Origin: Centroscyllium fabricii
Lineage: Eukaryota
Direction: 5' to 3'
DNA length: 64,000 nt
Assembly: GCA_051313645.2 (NCBI GenBank)
Contig: JBNRSN020000012.1
Location: 142,786,001 to 142,850,000, forward strand
Positions 1 to 13,955 of the stretch are shown here, piece by piece. Position numbers and translations under genes: made by a program. The stretch's first letter is position 1. Every line of letters starts with the position of its first letter. Under the pieces are notes generated by a model. That model was not told the DNA's origin and made no database searches. It was given only the letters and a program-made list of their open reading frames with translations.

Positions 1-529
1 CAAAGTTTTGACCTACTGAGCTGTTGAGACACAGAAATAATTACATTGTATTGAGTGTTCAAAAATATATCCAGGGTTCCTTGTTATTGTGAAAATAAAT
101 GCCCTTAATATTGGATGAATGTGATCTTCGAGACTGCTAAATGGGCATTTAATAGGATGTATGCATTGTTTGAATGCAAGAGGCACACGCTGCTATGCCA
201 TTTGATGTATGGCGCAATGCAATGGTTTGTAGAGGTTGTTACCCAGTGGATTGGAAGCAATCAAAGGCAACAGACACGATCTTGGCCGAAGGGGGTGGTT
301 TACAAAAATTATTTTGTAGAGTTTTAAGGTGAGGCTGGACGTAAAGGAGGCAAGGCTTTACCAGATGAGCAGTTAAGATGCTCTGTGGCTTGTTAGTTTG
401 GGACGGAGGCAACACCAGCTATAAATCTCACTAGCCTTTTTCTTATGTTAGATCATTTAGGAAAGGATTTTGACTAAGTTTAAATGTGCATGATCCATCT
501 TGGAGCTGTGGATCCGTGAAAGGTGCGAC

Positions 530-1487
530 AGCCACAAGGCTGCTGCCTCAGTCCTCAGTTGTACTCTCTGTTTACAAACGATTGTACAGCCCGACACAGC
601 AACAACCAGATAATAAAGTTTGCCGATGACACCACGGTAATTGCCCTGATTAGCAACGAAGATGAGACGGAGTACAGGGATGAGATAGTTCAGCTGATGA
701 GATGGTGTAATGATAACAACCTTGCCCTGAACGTCAGCAAGACTAAGGAACTAATCGTGGACTTCAGATGCCATCAAGAGAACCAACGACCAATTATCAT
801 AGGTGGGACACCGGTAGAAATAGTCAGCTGCTTCCGTTTCCTAGGTCTGCAGATCTCTGACAATCTGACTTGGAACTATAACACTGAGGCAATGCTGAAG
901 AAGGCACACCAGCACCTCTACCCTCTACGGTGCCTGAGGAAATGCGGCATAAGCACACAATGGCTTGTGAACTTTTACCGCGGCACCATAGAGAGCGTCT
1001 TGTCAGGTGGCGTCACTGTGTGGTATGGCAACACCACTGCTCAGGACAGGAAAGCCATTCAGAGGGTCGTGAGGACGGCAGAAAAAATTATTGGGTGTGC
1101 ACTTCCATCCATCGAGGAGATCTTCCAGACCAGATGTCGGAACAAGGCCCGCTCCATCATCAAGGACCCCAATCAACCTGGGCACGATCTGTTCTCCCTC
1201 CTGCGGTCCGGCCGTCGGTACTGCAGCATCCGAACCAGGACCAGCAGGTTCAAAAACAGTTTCTACCCACAGGCAGTGCGCCTACTGATCTGCTAACTGC
1301 ACTTGTTACTTATTTGTTTATTTGATTATTATTTTTTCTATATTTATACTTGTTTGGTTTTTTTCACTTTTTACTTTTTGCTTTTCTACATTTATAATTG
1401 TGGGAGTGAATGGGGAGTAAGCATTCCATTGTACGAGTTACACATGGCAATAAAATGATCTTGAATCTTGAATCTTGAATCTTGAAT
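530..1487 (+). mobile_element. Rex1/Babar LINE, 5'-truncated (RT C-terminal half, 3' UTR, (TTGAATC)n tail)
   Basis: ORF 523-1296 has PQGCCLSPQLYSLFTNDC, FADD and NVSKTKELIVDFR; AATAAA near 1449 is followed by TTGAATC repeats. Confidence 0.9.
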
Positions 1488-2673
1488 TTCTTATGATACT
1501 GCAGTGCTGGTTTGGAACAATTTGAGAGGGAGGAATTGGTGGGGGGGAGGAGGGGTGGAGAATGAACTTCCTAGTTCGCTCTAGATCTATATTTGCCAAG
1601 AGATTCTACAATTTGGGTATGGGCCTGATATTGAGATCAATTTTCTTTTGTGAAAATGTTGAGAGAGAGAAATTCTTGACACCTGTCTTAATTTCTGTGC
1701 TGTTCAAGGGATTGCTCAATCTGACATGTGCAGAGCCTGGAGCAGGAATGATGTATACAGTAAAATACAGAGCTGCTTTTCAGTGAAGTTATTTGCTGAT
1801 ATATTCTAGTTTGGGGGAAACTGTCCAGGTTTTGAAAGTCCAATGCAATGGCACAATAACGCCCCAAAGCAAAGCCTGTTCAAGAATCTCAACCCCCAGA
1901 CAAAGGCTAAATTTGTGAGCTTTCCCCTCCTTCTCTCTTATTTTTCTGCTGTCCCCTTTAATTTTATTCTTTCTTCACTGATTTATGTCCTCGTATTTTG
2001 CTTAATATTTTTAGTTCCTTTGCAATAGCCATGGTAGGTGAAAGGAAGAATTACTGTATGATGAGAAGGGTATGGCACAACTGATTATGGGAGATCCGGA
2101 AGAGTCAAGAAACCAATGGACCTTATTTTATTCCTCACACCATGGGGGGGATTTTAATGTCCCCATCAGGCGGGGTTTTGGGCGGCCGTGAGGTGAAAAA
2201 CGGAAAATTTTGGTTCCCACCCAAGGCCACCCATTCCCCGCCGGTTTTGAATTTTTGGGCGGCCTTTTTCCCCGCCCCGAATCTTTCCCGCCGGCGCCCA
2301 GCGGGGATGGTTGTTAAGGTCGTTAAGGGCCCTTAATTGCCAACTGTAATGCCATTTTAAGGGCCCTTACCCATTTTCAGGTGTTTCACACACAAAAGCC
2401 GCAAAGCTAAACCCCGTCAGGTGAAACCCTTGTGCGAACTCACTCGGACTGCTAAGTATCTGTGTCCGGTCACTCAATGAAGGCTCACATTTAATCAGCC
2501 ATCATTCGCTTCCGCAACCACATTGTTGTCTCAGTCCAGTGGATACTTGCAACAGGCTTCAGCACACCTGTGGAAGGTTGCATCATCAAACACTTCTGCA
2601 GTGTGACCTGGGAAAGCCCTCTCACTTACCCCCCTCAGTGAGTGCTTCCTCAGCCGAGGCTGCCAGCACAGCC

Positions 2674-3821
2674 ATGGGAGCCATTTTCTTCCTTCCCTTC
2701 TTGGGATTGCATGATCTCCACCAGGAGCAGATGCGGCTACAGCAGCAACAGCAGCAGCCAAACCAGGAGCCACCTCACCAGCAGCAGCCACACCAGGAGC
2801 CTGACGCTCCTGCGGGCCCTCTGGGGGCAGCATGGGCCAGAAGGCATCGGCGCATCGAATGCCGTCGCCGCAGAAGATACTCCCGAAACAGGGTCTACAG
2901 AGTCCGAGCCACGTACCTCAACATGAGTGAGCGGCGGTGCCAAAGGCGACTCCGACTTTCCCGAAAGGCAGTCACAGACATCTGCGCCATGCTGCAGCAA
3001 GAGCTGGAGCCCAGAACACCAGGTAGTCATGCCTTACCAGTGGCCCTCAAAGTCACCACCGCACTCAACCTCTTTGCCTCTGGCTCATTCCAGGTATCAG
3101 CAGCCGACATCAGCGGAATCTCCCAGTCAGCCGCACACTCCTGCATCACCCAGGTAACTGATGCCCTCTTTGCCCGTGCCCACAATTCCATCCATTTTAC
3201 CACGGATCACGCAAGTGTGAGGGCCCGAGCGATTAGAATGTCTGGCAGGCTTCCCAAGGGTGCAGGGCATCATTGACTGCACACATGTGGCCCTTAGGGC
3301 ACCCAACGACAACCCAGTAGTTTTTCTGAACCGCAAGGGCTTCCATTCACTCAATGTTCAACTGGTGTGTGACCACAGGAAGGAGATTTTGCATGTGTGT
3401 GCCAGGTACCCTGGCAGCTGCCATGACTCCTTCGTCCTGTGCCAATCAACCTTGCCTACGCTCTTCACACCACCGGACCAGCTTCCGGGGTGGCTACTTG
3501 GAGACAAGGGCTATCCCCTCAGGACTTGGCTCATGACGCCGGTCAGGAGGCTTGCTCAAGATGTGTTTCAGATGCTTGGACAGATCAGGTGGAGCCCTGC
3601 AATACTCCCCAGCCAGGGTCTCCAGAATGGTAGTGGTTTGCTGTCAACTTCACAACATAGCCCAGCGCCGTGGCTTGCAACCTCCTGACCAAGACCTGCC
3701 TCCTCGCATACCGTCCTCAGATGAGGAGGAGGAGGAGGAGGAAGCGGAGGAGGAGGAGGAAGAGGAGGAGGAGGAGGAAGAGGAGGATGAGGAGGAAGAG
3801 GATGGGGATGCTGCTGCTTGA
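2674..3821 (+). pseudogene. Harbinger DDE transposase (HARBI1-like), frameshifted
   Basis: [55 protein letters not shown] spread over three frames; Q-rich N-terminus and poly-E tail. Confidence 0.9.
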
Positions 3822-5370
3822 CCCAGCCAGCGCCACCATTACGCGAGAACGTTGCTGGCCAGCAAGCAAGGATGGAGCTCATCCTTGCAAGATTTTATTA
3901 GCCTACTCAAGCCAGCTTGTGCTACTCTCCTCATCCTAACAGCGCATCCTCACTGACACACTCCAATCAGTTCCACAGCTCATACCTGCATGAGTCCCAC
4001 TACTGTAAAGACATCTGTGTGGTGGGGGGGGGGGGGGCGTTGGGGGAGAGTGCTTCTGGGGCTGCCAAGTGCCTGTGACTGCTTTCTGCACTTGCGTATG
4101 CACCCACGCCCCTGACGCACCACACATTTCATTGATGCACATGGCCCCATCCAAACATCCATCCATCCATCACATGCAATAATGAACACAGAAACAATAA
4201 AGGTTGCAACTGCAACATGCTGTTTAATAACGACACTAAGCAAACATGGCCACATGCATGGTTGTTCAAGTGATGACCAGCACTTATGAATCACTGCATT
4301 AATGTTGTCCCAGCCATCTTAGCTGCAGACATGCAGGTATAAACGGTCAAAATGTCATTATCAGCAATGCTGAACCTCAGCCAGTCCAGTTTTGAACTTG
4401 CAAGTTCATATCCATTGTCAATCATGTTCCCCCCCCCCTCTCACGTGGTGCCCCTCCTTTTTCAAGAGTGGCACAGATTCTGACCAACCATCGACTCTGC
4501 TGTGGGGGTCACAGTGAAATCGGGGTCCCTGATCAGCCAATCGAAATGGACATCCCCCCTGAGGTCGTCAACGCCTTCATTTGAAAAACGGAGAACAACA
4601 GCAGCCATATACCGAAAAATTATGCAGGCGCTGTCGGGTTTCTTTATGCGGGTTGGGCTGCTATGCTTCAAACTGTGCTGGAGGTGCTTCAGGGCAGCGC
4701 ACCTGGACATGAGGCAGGAGCTATGGAGGATGCTGCGGGACAATGTCTGGTGGGTCTTCACCCACCTGATCTTGTTTGATGTGTGAGAGCTGAGGCATGC
4801 TGACACCATGGCTCCTTGGCCATTCTATCAGGGTCAGGTGCTGTGAGGGGCCAGCTGCAGCCAGATGATGTTGGATGCATGGGGACTTTGGCCAGTTGGC
4901 CCATCTTTTCCTTGCCCACCTCCATCACTTTAAAGTTTTGTTCGTGTTAAAGTTCAGTCCTGAGGCTTGTTTGCTGGTGTTGCGAAAACATCAGGTGGTT
5001 TGTTCAGTTAACCTGGTCATCGTTTGGACCACACATCGTTCATACAGTCCCTCTGTTCGCTGGTGTGCGTCACCATGAAGGTAGGCCGATTTCAAGGACC
5101 TTCACTCTTAACCATTGAGCTGCAGTCTGTTATTGAACCTCATGCGTCTTGCTGTAAGTCCTTCTGCCATGTTGCATCTCCATCCTTGCATATCTGTGAG
5201 GCCTGCCCGATTGCTGTCCAGCCTGCATAAGGCTTCAATGTGGAAGGGCCATCGCAAGATGTCAGACATGACAAGTGCATCAGGTGCCACCTGGAGTGGT
5301 CTGCTGTCTGACCAGTGCTATGGACACCTGAATGTCTGTTACACTAACACCCAAGTGACTCCCGTTGTGC

Positions 5371-7354
5371 CTAAGGGTGCTTAAGTTTTCTTTTGCGAGT
5401 CCTCCTACGTGGTGGTGGCCCTGTGGTGTCAGCAGGTGTGGAGGCCCCCTGCTGAGTGCCCTGCTGCTCCTGTCTGGACACCTTTAGCGGTCGTCCTCTG
5501 GGGCAGCGAGTCTGTGGGGGCTCGCCACCAGTCTGCTGCTCCTGCGGCTGGGCAGGGTATGAGACTTCCATCTCAGGTGCATAGGGACTCCGGCGGGCCT
5601 CTGACCGAGGGCTCTGTAGTGGTGTGGACGTGGGAGCACTTGGGGAGGAGCCCCCACTTCCTTCAGCTGCACCACCAACCTCCGTCTCATGGGTCACCTC
5701 CCCCTCAGCGCCAGCAAGTGGCTGGAGAGCACCTTGCTGCACTTCAGGGGGGCCATGGGGACCCGTTTCTGCAGTGGAAGGCCTACTGAGAGGTACTTCC
5801 ATGAAGGTCTGGTTCCTCTGCTCAATAGATGCCACTCGCTGCTCAAGTGATTTGAATGTATTGTGGACAGTGCCCATGTCTTCAAAAGACTGGCAACTTA
5901 TGTGCTCGATGACCATGGCCATCCTCTCCTCCACGGTCACTATCCTTTCCATGGTGGTTGCCATCCTTGCCATGGTGATGCGATCATGCGCCACTGACTC
6001 CACAAAGTAGCTTCTCATGCTTGCGACAGACTCCTCCATTCACATAACACTCGCAGCTACCTGGGAGAAAAAATTTGTCAGAGACGCCTGCATCGGTGTC
6101 TGGAGTCCCATCATGTGTCCTCTGCCTGATGGATCCAGAGGCACTGGGTCGACATGCAGCTCAGCGAACCTGGCAGAGTCCTGCGCCCTCCGACTAGGAC
6201 TCTGCAATGCTGTCCCTGTCTCCACAATCTGCTGAGGCTCACTTGTGTTGTCTGAATCACTTGGTGACAAATCAGATGGAGCTCTAGGGGGGCCCACCGA
6301 GGTACTAGTATCTGCGCTGGTGCCGGGTGGAGTCTGTGGTGCTGACGGTGCGCCCTCAGAGGTGGCAGGTTCCTCTGAGGACTGAACAGGGGCGGGCTCG
6401 TCATCAGCGGTGTTTGGGCATCCACCTACGGATGGGCCTGTGGGGCAGTAAAGGAAGAGGTTAGAGATATGTCAGCAAGGTTACATAGAGATAGCATTCA
6501 GGAGCTGAGCAGAGCTGCCTCTGCAGTGCTTTTACATTCATTGTGCCAGTCTCATGTGTTAGTTGTTAGAGAAAAAATGAAACCATGCTGTCACCAGCTT
6601 GACATTGCATGCCTGCCTCGCCGTCACCCACTCCCGCCACTTGCCCCTCCCCAACGAGGTCCAGAACAGCCTCCTCCCAGGTGGTGAGTTGCTGGATGGT
6701 GAGGGGGTCCTCCTCCGGTCCCGGCGCTGTGCCGCTTGTTGGCGGTTGTCGTTTCCTGCAATGAGGGAAAGAAGTGCAGGTTGAGTGAGAAGGAAGGAGT
6801 TGCTGCAGCGAGTGACCAGCAAAGTTTGTTGTAGGGTGACAAATATGTAGTGAGCCAGCAAGACGAAAGGCTCTCCCTGTGTGCTGCCAGATGTGCTGCA
6901 AGCATGAGAGTGAGAGGGAGTGTGAGGGCTGAATGGAGGGAAAGGACTGTGATTGTGAGCATAGATACAGAGGGAATGGGTAAGGTTGCTTGGATGTGAT
7001 GGGGAAGTGGGATGTGCAGGAAGGGAATGGTGAAGATAAGTTGTGGTGAGGAGAGGTGAGGGGATGAGATTGAGGGAAATGAATACTTACTCTCGCAGTG
7101 CGATGAAGGTCATGCAATCTCTTGCGACACTGGAGCCAGGACTGGGGTGTTGTGCCCAAAGAGCTGACCCCCTCAGCCACCTGCTGCCATGCAGCCTTGG
7201 TCTGGGAGGGAGATCTCTTCCTCCCTGAGGAGGGGAAGAGAACCTCCCTATGGTTCGTTGCCCCCTCAACTAATGCGTCGAGGGAGGCGTCATCAAATTT
7301 GGGGGCGGGTCATCCCCTCCCACTGCCCGATGCAGCACCCTCACGCTCTGCCAT
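5371..7354 (-). pseudogene. Harbinger Myb/SANT-like DNA-binding protein, 3 exons (about 7354-7091, 6756-6595, 6437-5371)
   Basis: Exon 1 reads APKFDDASLDALVEG...AWQQVAEGVS...WLQCRKRLHDL then GTAAGT donor; exon 2 has TGGGPP; basic C-terminus RRRTRKRK; in-frame stops present. Confidence 0.8.
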
Positions 7355-7649
7355 CCTACTGAAGGGTTGCAGAATGCTGAGCAGTGCAGGAGGCGAGCCA
7401 TGTTCATTAAAAGAAAGGCGGAATCTGACGTTATATTCTGCGAATTTCTGACTGGAAATCGGTGATTGAGAAGGCTTCCCACAGGCGGGGAATTAATTGG
7501 GTACTTAGACTAAAATCTCGTGGGAAACGCAGGCACTTTATCGGCGGGCCAAAAACCCGCCTCGACCAATCCCCGACAGTTCCCCGCCATTCTGGAAAAG
7601 TTCCGGCCGTTGGCTCAAAAAAATACCTGCAGTACAAGTTTTATGGCTT

Positions 7650-7924
7650 TGTAGAGGCATGCAGGCCTGAAGAACCACGCTGGACACAGAGAATTCGGAA
7701 AACAATCATTTAATGTTAACACAACTATGGCCAGGTAGCAAAGAGGCTGAGCCACCTGGAACCAGGGTATTTAAAGGACCCGCGGTTGGTGACGTCACTG
7801 CCGGGTGTCCACCTGGCGACGTCATCACGCCGGAAGTCGCGGTGATGTCATCACGCCGCCCGGCGGGGCCGTCTCGCAGTACTCCCGAGGCCGATTCGAT
7901 GGTCCTGGTGGGCGTGTCACCACA
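7650..7924 (-). repeat. 3' LTR of CsRn1-like element
   Basis: Direct repeat of 11945-12223; about 5 substitutions and one 4-bp indel by eye. Confidence 0.95.
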
Positions 7925-8021
7925 CAGCTCCCCCCCAGAATCTGTGAGGGAGAGCAGAGTTTAACCTAAAGTAGAAAGGAGCATAAAGTAAAATAAAAAA
8001 ATGGAGCATAAAAGTTGAGTC

Positions 8022-11000
8022 TCAGGCGAGGCATTGAGGTGGCCTGATGATGCGGCCAGCATGTGTCGTGCGCTGCTCCTTGTTCTGCGTGAGAGTGTGG
8101 GCGGGTTTTGGTGCGGTAGGGCGTCCGCGCTTTGGTGGCTGCGCGGGGACTGTTGTCTTGCCCGCCATTACGTGTGCCGGTTTGAGCCGGTCGATTGAGA
8201 CAGTCTCAGCTCTGTTGCCCATTTTTATCTGGAATGTTTTAGGTCCCGCCCGAAGCACTCTGTACGGTCCGTCGTACGGTGGCTGTAGTGGTGTTCGATG
8301 TGCTTCGTGGCGGACAAACACATACTTGGCATTCTCGATGCCATCTGGAACACGTGCTGCCGGCTCTCCGTGCCGGGCCACCGGAAGTGGTTTGAACGCC
8401 GCTGCCTGGTTATTGAACTCCTTGAGGCAGCGGTCGGCTGACCAGGGTTCGTTGGTATCCGCGACGAACTCGCCCGGTACGGTTAGAGGTTGGCCGTAGA
8501 GGAGTTCTGCCGCTGAGGCGTGCAGGTCTTCTTTGGCCGCTGAACGCAGGCCGAGCATTACCAAGGGCAGGCGGTCGGTCCAGGTCGCATCCTTAAGGCT
8601 GGCCCGCAGGGAAGCTTTGATGAAGCGGTGGAACCTCTCGCAGAGGCCATTGGCCTGTGGGTGGTAGGCGGTGGTTCAGTGCAGGGTTGCCCCGAGGTCG
8701 TGGGCGATGGTTGCCCATAGGGTTGAGGTAAATTGGGGGCCCCTGTCTGACGTGATGTCGGTGGGTCGCCGAAACGTACGACCCAGGTGGCAATGAAGGC
8801 CCTGGCCAGTTCCGCGGTGGTGGTAGCGGTGAGGGGGACCACTTCTGGCCAGCGGGTGCTGCGGTCGACCATGGTCATGACATGTGTATGTCCCCGTGAT
8901 GGTGGTAGTGGTCCGACCAGGTCAATATGGACGTGGCTGAAGCGTCTAGCTGGGATGGCGATCATTTCAAGTGGCGCCTTGATGTGCTTGTGCACCTTGG
9001 CGCGCTGGCAGGCATTGCAGGTGTTGGTCCAGGCGCGGACATCCTTGCGCAGGCCGCGCCAAACGAAACGCGCAGAGATCAGCTTTGTGGACGCGCGGAC
9101 GCCGGGGTGGGACAGGTCATGGAGGGTCTGGAAGATGTGTCGCCTCCATGTGTGGGGGACGACGGGTCTGGGCTGCGGGAGGGAGACGTCGCAGCGGACC
9201 TCTGTGGCTGTGGGCCCGTGTGCTACGGTGGCCAAGAGCAGGCCGGGGAGGTTGGTAGCTGGGTCGAGCAGATCGGGGTCGGTCAGTTGGTCGGCCGCCA
9301 GTTTGGCGTAGTCAACGGCCGTTTGAACGGAGTTGATGGTGGGGCGTGAGAGGCAGTCAGCGACCACGTTGTCGCGGCCGGCGATGTGCTGAATGTCGGT
9401 GGTAAACTCCGACACAGCCGCGAGCTGGCGCTGCTGCCTGGCCGACCAGGGTTCAGAGATCTTAGCCATTGCAGACACAAGTGGCTTGTGATCCACGAAG
9501 GCTGTAAAGTGGCGGCCCTCTAGGAGGAAGCGGAAGTGGCGCACCGCGAGGTAGAGAGCGAGTAGCTCCCTATCGAAGGCACTGTACTTGACCTCCAGGG
9601 GCCGGAGTTGTCGGCTGAAAAAGGCCAGGGGTTGTCAGGAGTCGCCTGTCCACTGCTCAAAGACTGCTCCGACTGCGCGGTCGGAGGCGTTGGTGGTGAG
9701 TGCTACTCTGGCGTTGGGCCTAGGGTGGGTGAGGAGCGTGGCGTTGGCCAGGGCGGTTTTGGTTGCGGTAAAGGCGGTGGTGGCTTCGGCCGTCCACTCG
9801 ACCGCAGCCTTGTAGGACTGGCCGCGGGTGGCGTGGTAGAGGGGGGCCATGAGGGCGGCTGCTCCAGGGATGAAGCGGTTATAAAAATTGACCATCCCGA
9901 GGAATTCCTGCAGCCCCTTGATGGAGTGCGGGCGGGGAAATTCCTGGACCGCCTGCACCTTGGAGGGCAGGGGTATGGCCCCGGTCTGGGAGATGTGGTG
10001 GCCGAGGAAATCGATCGTCTCGAGGCCGAATCGACATTTGGAGGGGCTTAATATGAGGCCGTGTTCGACCAGGCGGTTGAAAAGGGACTTGAGGTGGAGG
10101 AGGTGTTCCTGGGGGGAGGTGCTGGCCACGAGGATGTCGTCTATGTAGACGAACGTGAACTGCAAGTCCCGCAGGACTGAGTCCATGAGTCGTTGGAAGG
10201 CCTGGGCCGCGTTTTGAAGTCCGAAGGGCATTTGGGAGGAATTCAAAAAGGCCGAAGGGGGTAATGACGGCTGTCTTAGGGATGTCCGCCGGGTGCACTG
10301 GTACCTGGTGGTAGCCCCGTACCAGGTCGATCTTTGAAAAGATCGTGCAGCCGGCTAGCCTTGCTGAGAAGTCTTGGATGTGGGGGACGGGGTACCTGTC
10401 TGGGGTGGTAGCGTTGTTGAGGCGGCGGTAGTCTCCGCAGGGGTGCCAGCCGCCGCCGGGTTTGCGGGCAATGTGGAGGGGGGCGGCCCAGGGGCTGCTG
10501 GAGCGGCAGATTATGCCGAGTTGTTCCATGATGTGGAACTCGGCGCGCGCGATCTCCAGCTTGGCCGGGTCCAGCCTACGTGCGTGGGCATGGACTGGGG
10601 GGCCTGTGGTGGTGATGTGGTGCTCCACCCCGTGCTTGGCCGTACGGGCTGTGAAGGTGGGGTTGGTGAGGGCTGGGAACTCCGCGAGGAGCGTGGCGTA
10701 CGTGTCGGAGTTCCGGGCTCGGCAGTGGGATGCTGCGTGGGTCTGGTGTGCCGGCCCTGTGGAGCATGGGATGGTCGACATGTTGTAGATGTCGACCAGG
10801 CGGCGTCTGGTAACGTCGACCAGTAGGCCGTGGGCGCACAGAAAGTCGGCCCCGTGTAGGGGTATTTTGACTTGGGCTGTGATGAAGTCCCACTTGTACG
10901 TGTGGCCTGCCAGCTTGATGGTAAGCTGGCGGGTGCCGAACGTAACTATCTCGGAGCCGTTTGCGGCTTCGAGTGGTGGGCCTTGGGTGCCTTGCTTGGT

Positions 11001-11846
11001 TTCTGCGGGGGAGGCTGGCACAATGCTGTGCTGCGCGCCTGTGTCGCAGAGGAAGCGGAGGCCTGAGCCGCTGTCCGTGATGAAGAGCAGTGCTCCGGAG
11101 TGGCCTACGGACATGGTGGGGCTTGGGCTGGTTTGGAGTTTGAAGGTGCAGGGCTGGACGCAGCGCTGCGCTTTGTCTTCAAACCTGGTGTGGTAGTAGC
11201 ACCAGCCGGGGCCTGTGGTGCGTGGCTTTTTACGGGTACGCACTGGCCTGGGTTCGGACTTGGGGCCAGACCTGGGGTGCGCGTAGTACTGCTCCGGTGG
11301 AGCAGCAGTGGGTTGGCACGTGGCGGCTCGGGTGCGCTCGGCCCTCATCAGCTTGTCGGCCTCCTCAGCCAGTTGCTCTTTAGTGTAGTGATCAAGGACC
11401 GTCAGAGCCGGTCTGATGGAGGGGGGCAGTTTGAGGAGGAACAAGGCGCGCTTAATGGTGGCCGGGTCGCAGTTGAGCGCTTCCATTTTGGCCCAGAGGT
11501 CCGATGGGTCTGCGTCCCCGAGTTCGGGGAGGTTAATGAGCTGGCAGTCTCGCTCGAATTGGATGGGTGTGAATTTTTTTTGCAGCGTGGCCTTAAGCAA
11601 TTCGTACCTGCCAGCAGTTGGTTCGTGCTGTATCGATGACCACATTCGGTCGACCGTGGTCTGTGAAAGGGCCGCGAAGAGCAGGCTGTATCGATCGTCC
11701 CCCTGTATGCCATGGATGCGGTAGGTGTTCTCTGAGCTGAGGAACCAGGCCGCTGGACGTAGTTCCCAGAACTCTGGCAAGTTTGGAATTTGGCCGTAGT
11801 TCTGGCCCAGTCTGTGGAGTCGTGCTGTTTGGCTCCCTGCTGGCAT
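8022..11846 (-). pseudogene. gag-pol of CsRn1-like element, broken into four ORFs
   Basis: ORFs 9879-11846, 9635-10246, 8558-9544 and 8022-8564 give Gag-PR-RT-RH-IN in order. Confidence 0.9.
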
Positions 11847-11944
11847 GGTGGTTGTGATTCAACTGAGGCAGCTTGGCCCTCAGTCCTGCAGCAACTGCTT
11901 CATTATGTTCCCTTGGAATTCGTTCCAAGTATCGAGGTCACCAC

Positions 11945-12223
11945 TGTAGAGGCATGCAGGCCTGAAGAACCACGCTGGACACAGAGAATTCGGAAAACAA
12001 TCATTTAATGTTAACACAACTATGGCCAGGTAGCAAAGCGGCTGAGCCACCTGGAACCAGGGTATTTAAAGGACCCGCGGTTGGTGACGTCACTGCCGGG
12101 TGTCCACCTGGCGACGTCATCACGCCGGAAGTCGCGGTGACGTCATCACGCCGCCCGGCGGGCGGGGCCGTCTCGCAGTACTCCCAAGGCCGATTCGATG
12201 GTCCTGGTGGGCATGTCGCCACA
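11945..12223 (-). repeat. 5' LTR of CsRn1-like element
   Basis: Adjacent to the PBS (about 11930-11943); followed by TSD GCTT. Confidence 0.95.
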
Positions 12224-13388
12224 GCTTCACAAAGTTAAATGTAAATTCCATGGAATCCAACACCAGGGTCTCAAAAAGTTTAGCTGCTGAAGACTTTCTT
12301 TCTCTCTTCAACATTTGATTTGTTTTAAAATAATTCAGGTACAGCAATAAAAGAGAGTTGTTTACTTTAACAAGCATTCATCCACCAGAGAAAAAGAGAC
12401 CTGAATCAGAGGTAAGCACCAAAGAACTTGCTGGCCATGACTATATGCACTAAACATTTAAAGAACCCTATAGGGAGACCTTCAGTAAACAGCATCTTTA
12501 AATATATGCAGAAGATCAGTAGGCTCTTGCAAGTTTTTATCCTTTGGTTTATTTTTAAAAATGTATGATGTGCAAATCAAAATTCTGTTGAAGGTTCTGC
12601 AGCCAATGATGTTGCTGTGATGATTATACACCCAGTATGCTTGTAATAGAGAAGCCATGATATCCCCTGGTTCTATTTTGTAAGACTGATTGCTCCAGAA
12701 TACGGTATGTTAACTGCTGAATATCTTTTTAATGTGACTGAGTTTGAATGAAGTCTGAAAACATTCTAGCACTGTTGCACTTGAAATGTTAGAAGTCAAG
12801 TGGAATAAGCTGATCATACATCAAGTAATGAATTTATTGCCTTGTGTGGTTGTATGAAATAAATCAGAGCTGATATCTCTTGTTGAATCAAAAGGCAATA
12901 TCACAAACTGAGAGTTCGGATGATGAATCAGGAGAGCTTTACTTTCATGGTTTGGTATTTTCTGAGCCCTGAGAGATTTTTCATTTGAATGAGTTTTCCA
13001 TCTGCCTCTGTGTAGCCAACAGCAATTCAAGACACCTTGTATGAGTTACCTTTTGGGGATTACTTTACTCTTTTTTATGTAGAGATTTTTTATCTTCCAT
13101 GCTTCAGATTATTCTCTAAGATCAGCCTGAGCTCCCTATGTCCCAGAGAGTGTTTTCACTTGCCCAAATCAGTGAGGCTTGTAGCACGCCAAGGGAATGA
13201 ACAGGGAACCCTCTTCACTTTATTTCAGCTATTGGTTTTATCATCCACTCTCACCTCACCCTCCTTGTCTTCAGAAGATGACAAAATAACACAAGACTAG
13301 CCTTTGACTTGAGCTTTAACTGCTGTAAGAAAAGTAAAATAACAAGTGAATAGAAGCAGTAATATAACATTTTTACAGTAGTTGTTCA

Positions 13389-13952
13389 AGGCCCTGTCAC
13401 ACCTAGACGTTTTAGCCAGCCTATGCAAATGAGGCTAAAACGCTGAACTTTCGACACTTTGTTCAATTTTTGGAGTATTGGACGTATGCATAACGTATGC
13501 GTAACGTATTAGTAACGTACACAGAGCGTATCAATAACGAATGCTTAGCGTTCACAACTTATGCCCAACGATAGTCTAACGTATGCATAGCGCGCGGCAG
13601 CGTATCGCCGACGTTTTAGATAAATTTAGAAAAAATTGGAAAACGCTAGCTTTAAATCGTCAAGGTGTGACAGGGCATGACAGGGGCAAGGTAATGTGTG
13701 TTTAACGATCGCCTAACGTGCCTACAACGTATGTCCAGCGTATGCGGAACGTATAAATCGTAACATTTATACGTCGTGATTTTTTGTGCATGCACAAAAA
13801 ATCACGACTTATACGACTTATACAACTTATGGCCAGCGTATGCCAGCGTGCTCTTAACGTATGCATAATGTACCCATAACTTGTCCAACGTATACCAGCG
13901 TATCGGCCAAATTTGCATACGCAAGCTAAAACGTCAAGGTGTGACAGGGCCT
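13389..13952. mobile_element. MITE, TIR AGGCCCTGTCACACC (probably Harbinger superfamily), tandem copy A
   Basis: Terminal inverted repeats, flanked by TCA/TCA, internal palindrome, AACGTATGC-like microrepeats. Confidence 0.85.
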
Positions 13953-13955
13953 TCA

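Larger units (their letters stand above)
2144..7608. mobile_element. PIF/Harbinger DNA transposon, full-length layout, decayed
   Basis: Convergent transposase and Myb/SANT genes; left end GGGGGGGATTTT; both ends resemble the ends of MITEs 16779-17561 and 53714-54501; right end approximate. Confidence 0.85.
7650..12223 (-). mobile_element. Ty3/Gypsy LTR retrotransposon, CsRn1-like clade, full length, frameshifted
   Basis: TG..CA LTRs, 4-bp TSD GCTT, Trp-type PBS TGGTGACCTCGA, PPT GGGGGGGAG, Gag CHCC motif CYYH-x9-C-x3-C, PR DTGA, RT YIDD, RNase H, integrase with GPY. Confidence 0.93.

Noticed and set aside
3720-3805. (GAG)n tract and the poly-R/poly-P ORFs over it
   Set aside because: It is the acidic tail of the Harbinger transposase; the other frames are shadows
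12339-12411. AG..GTAAGC-bounded 73-bp open segment (YSNKRELF...PESE)
   Set aside because: Weak acceptor, unrecognised peptide, and opposite strand to the other exon candidate
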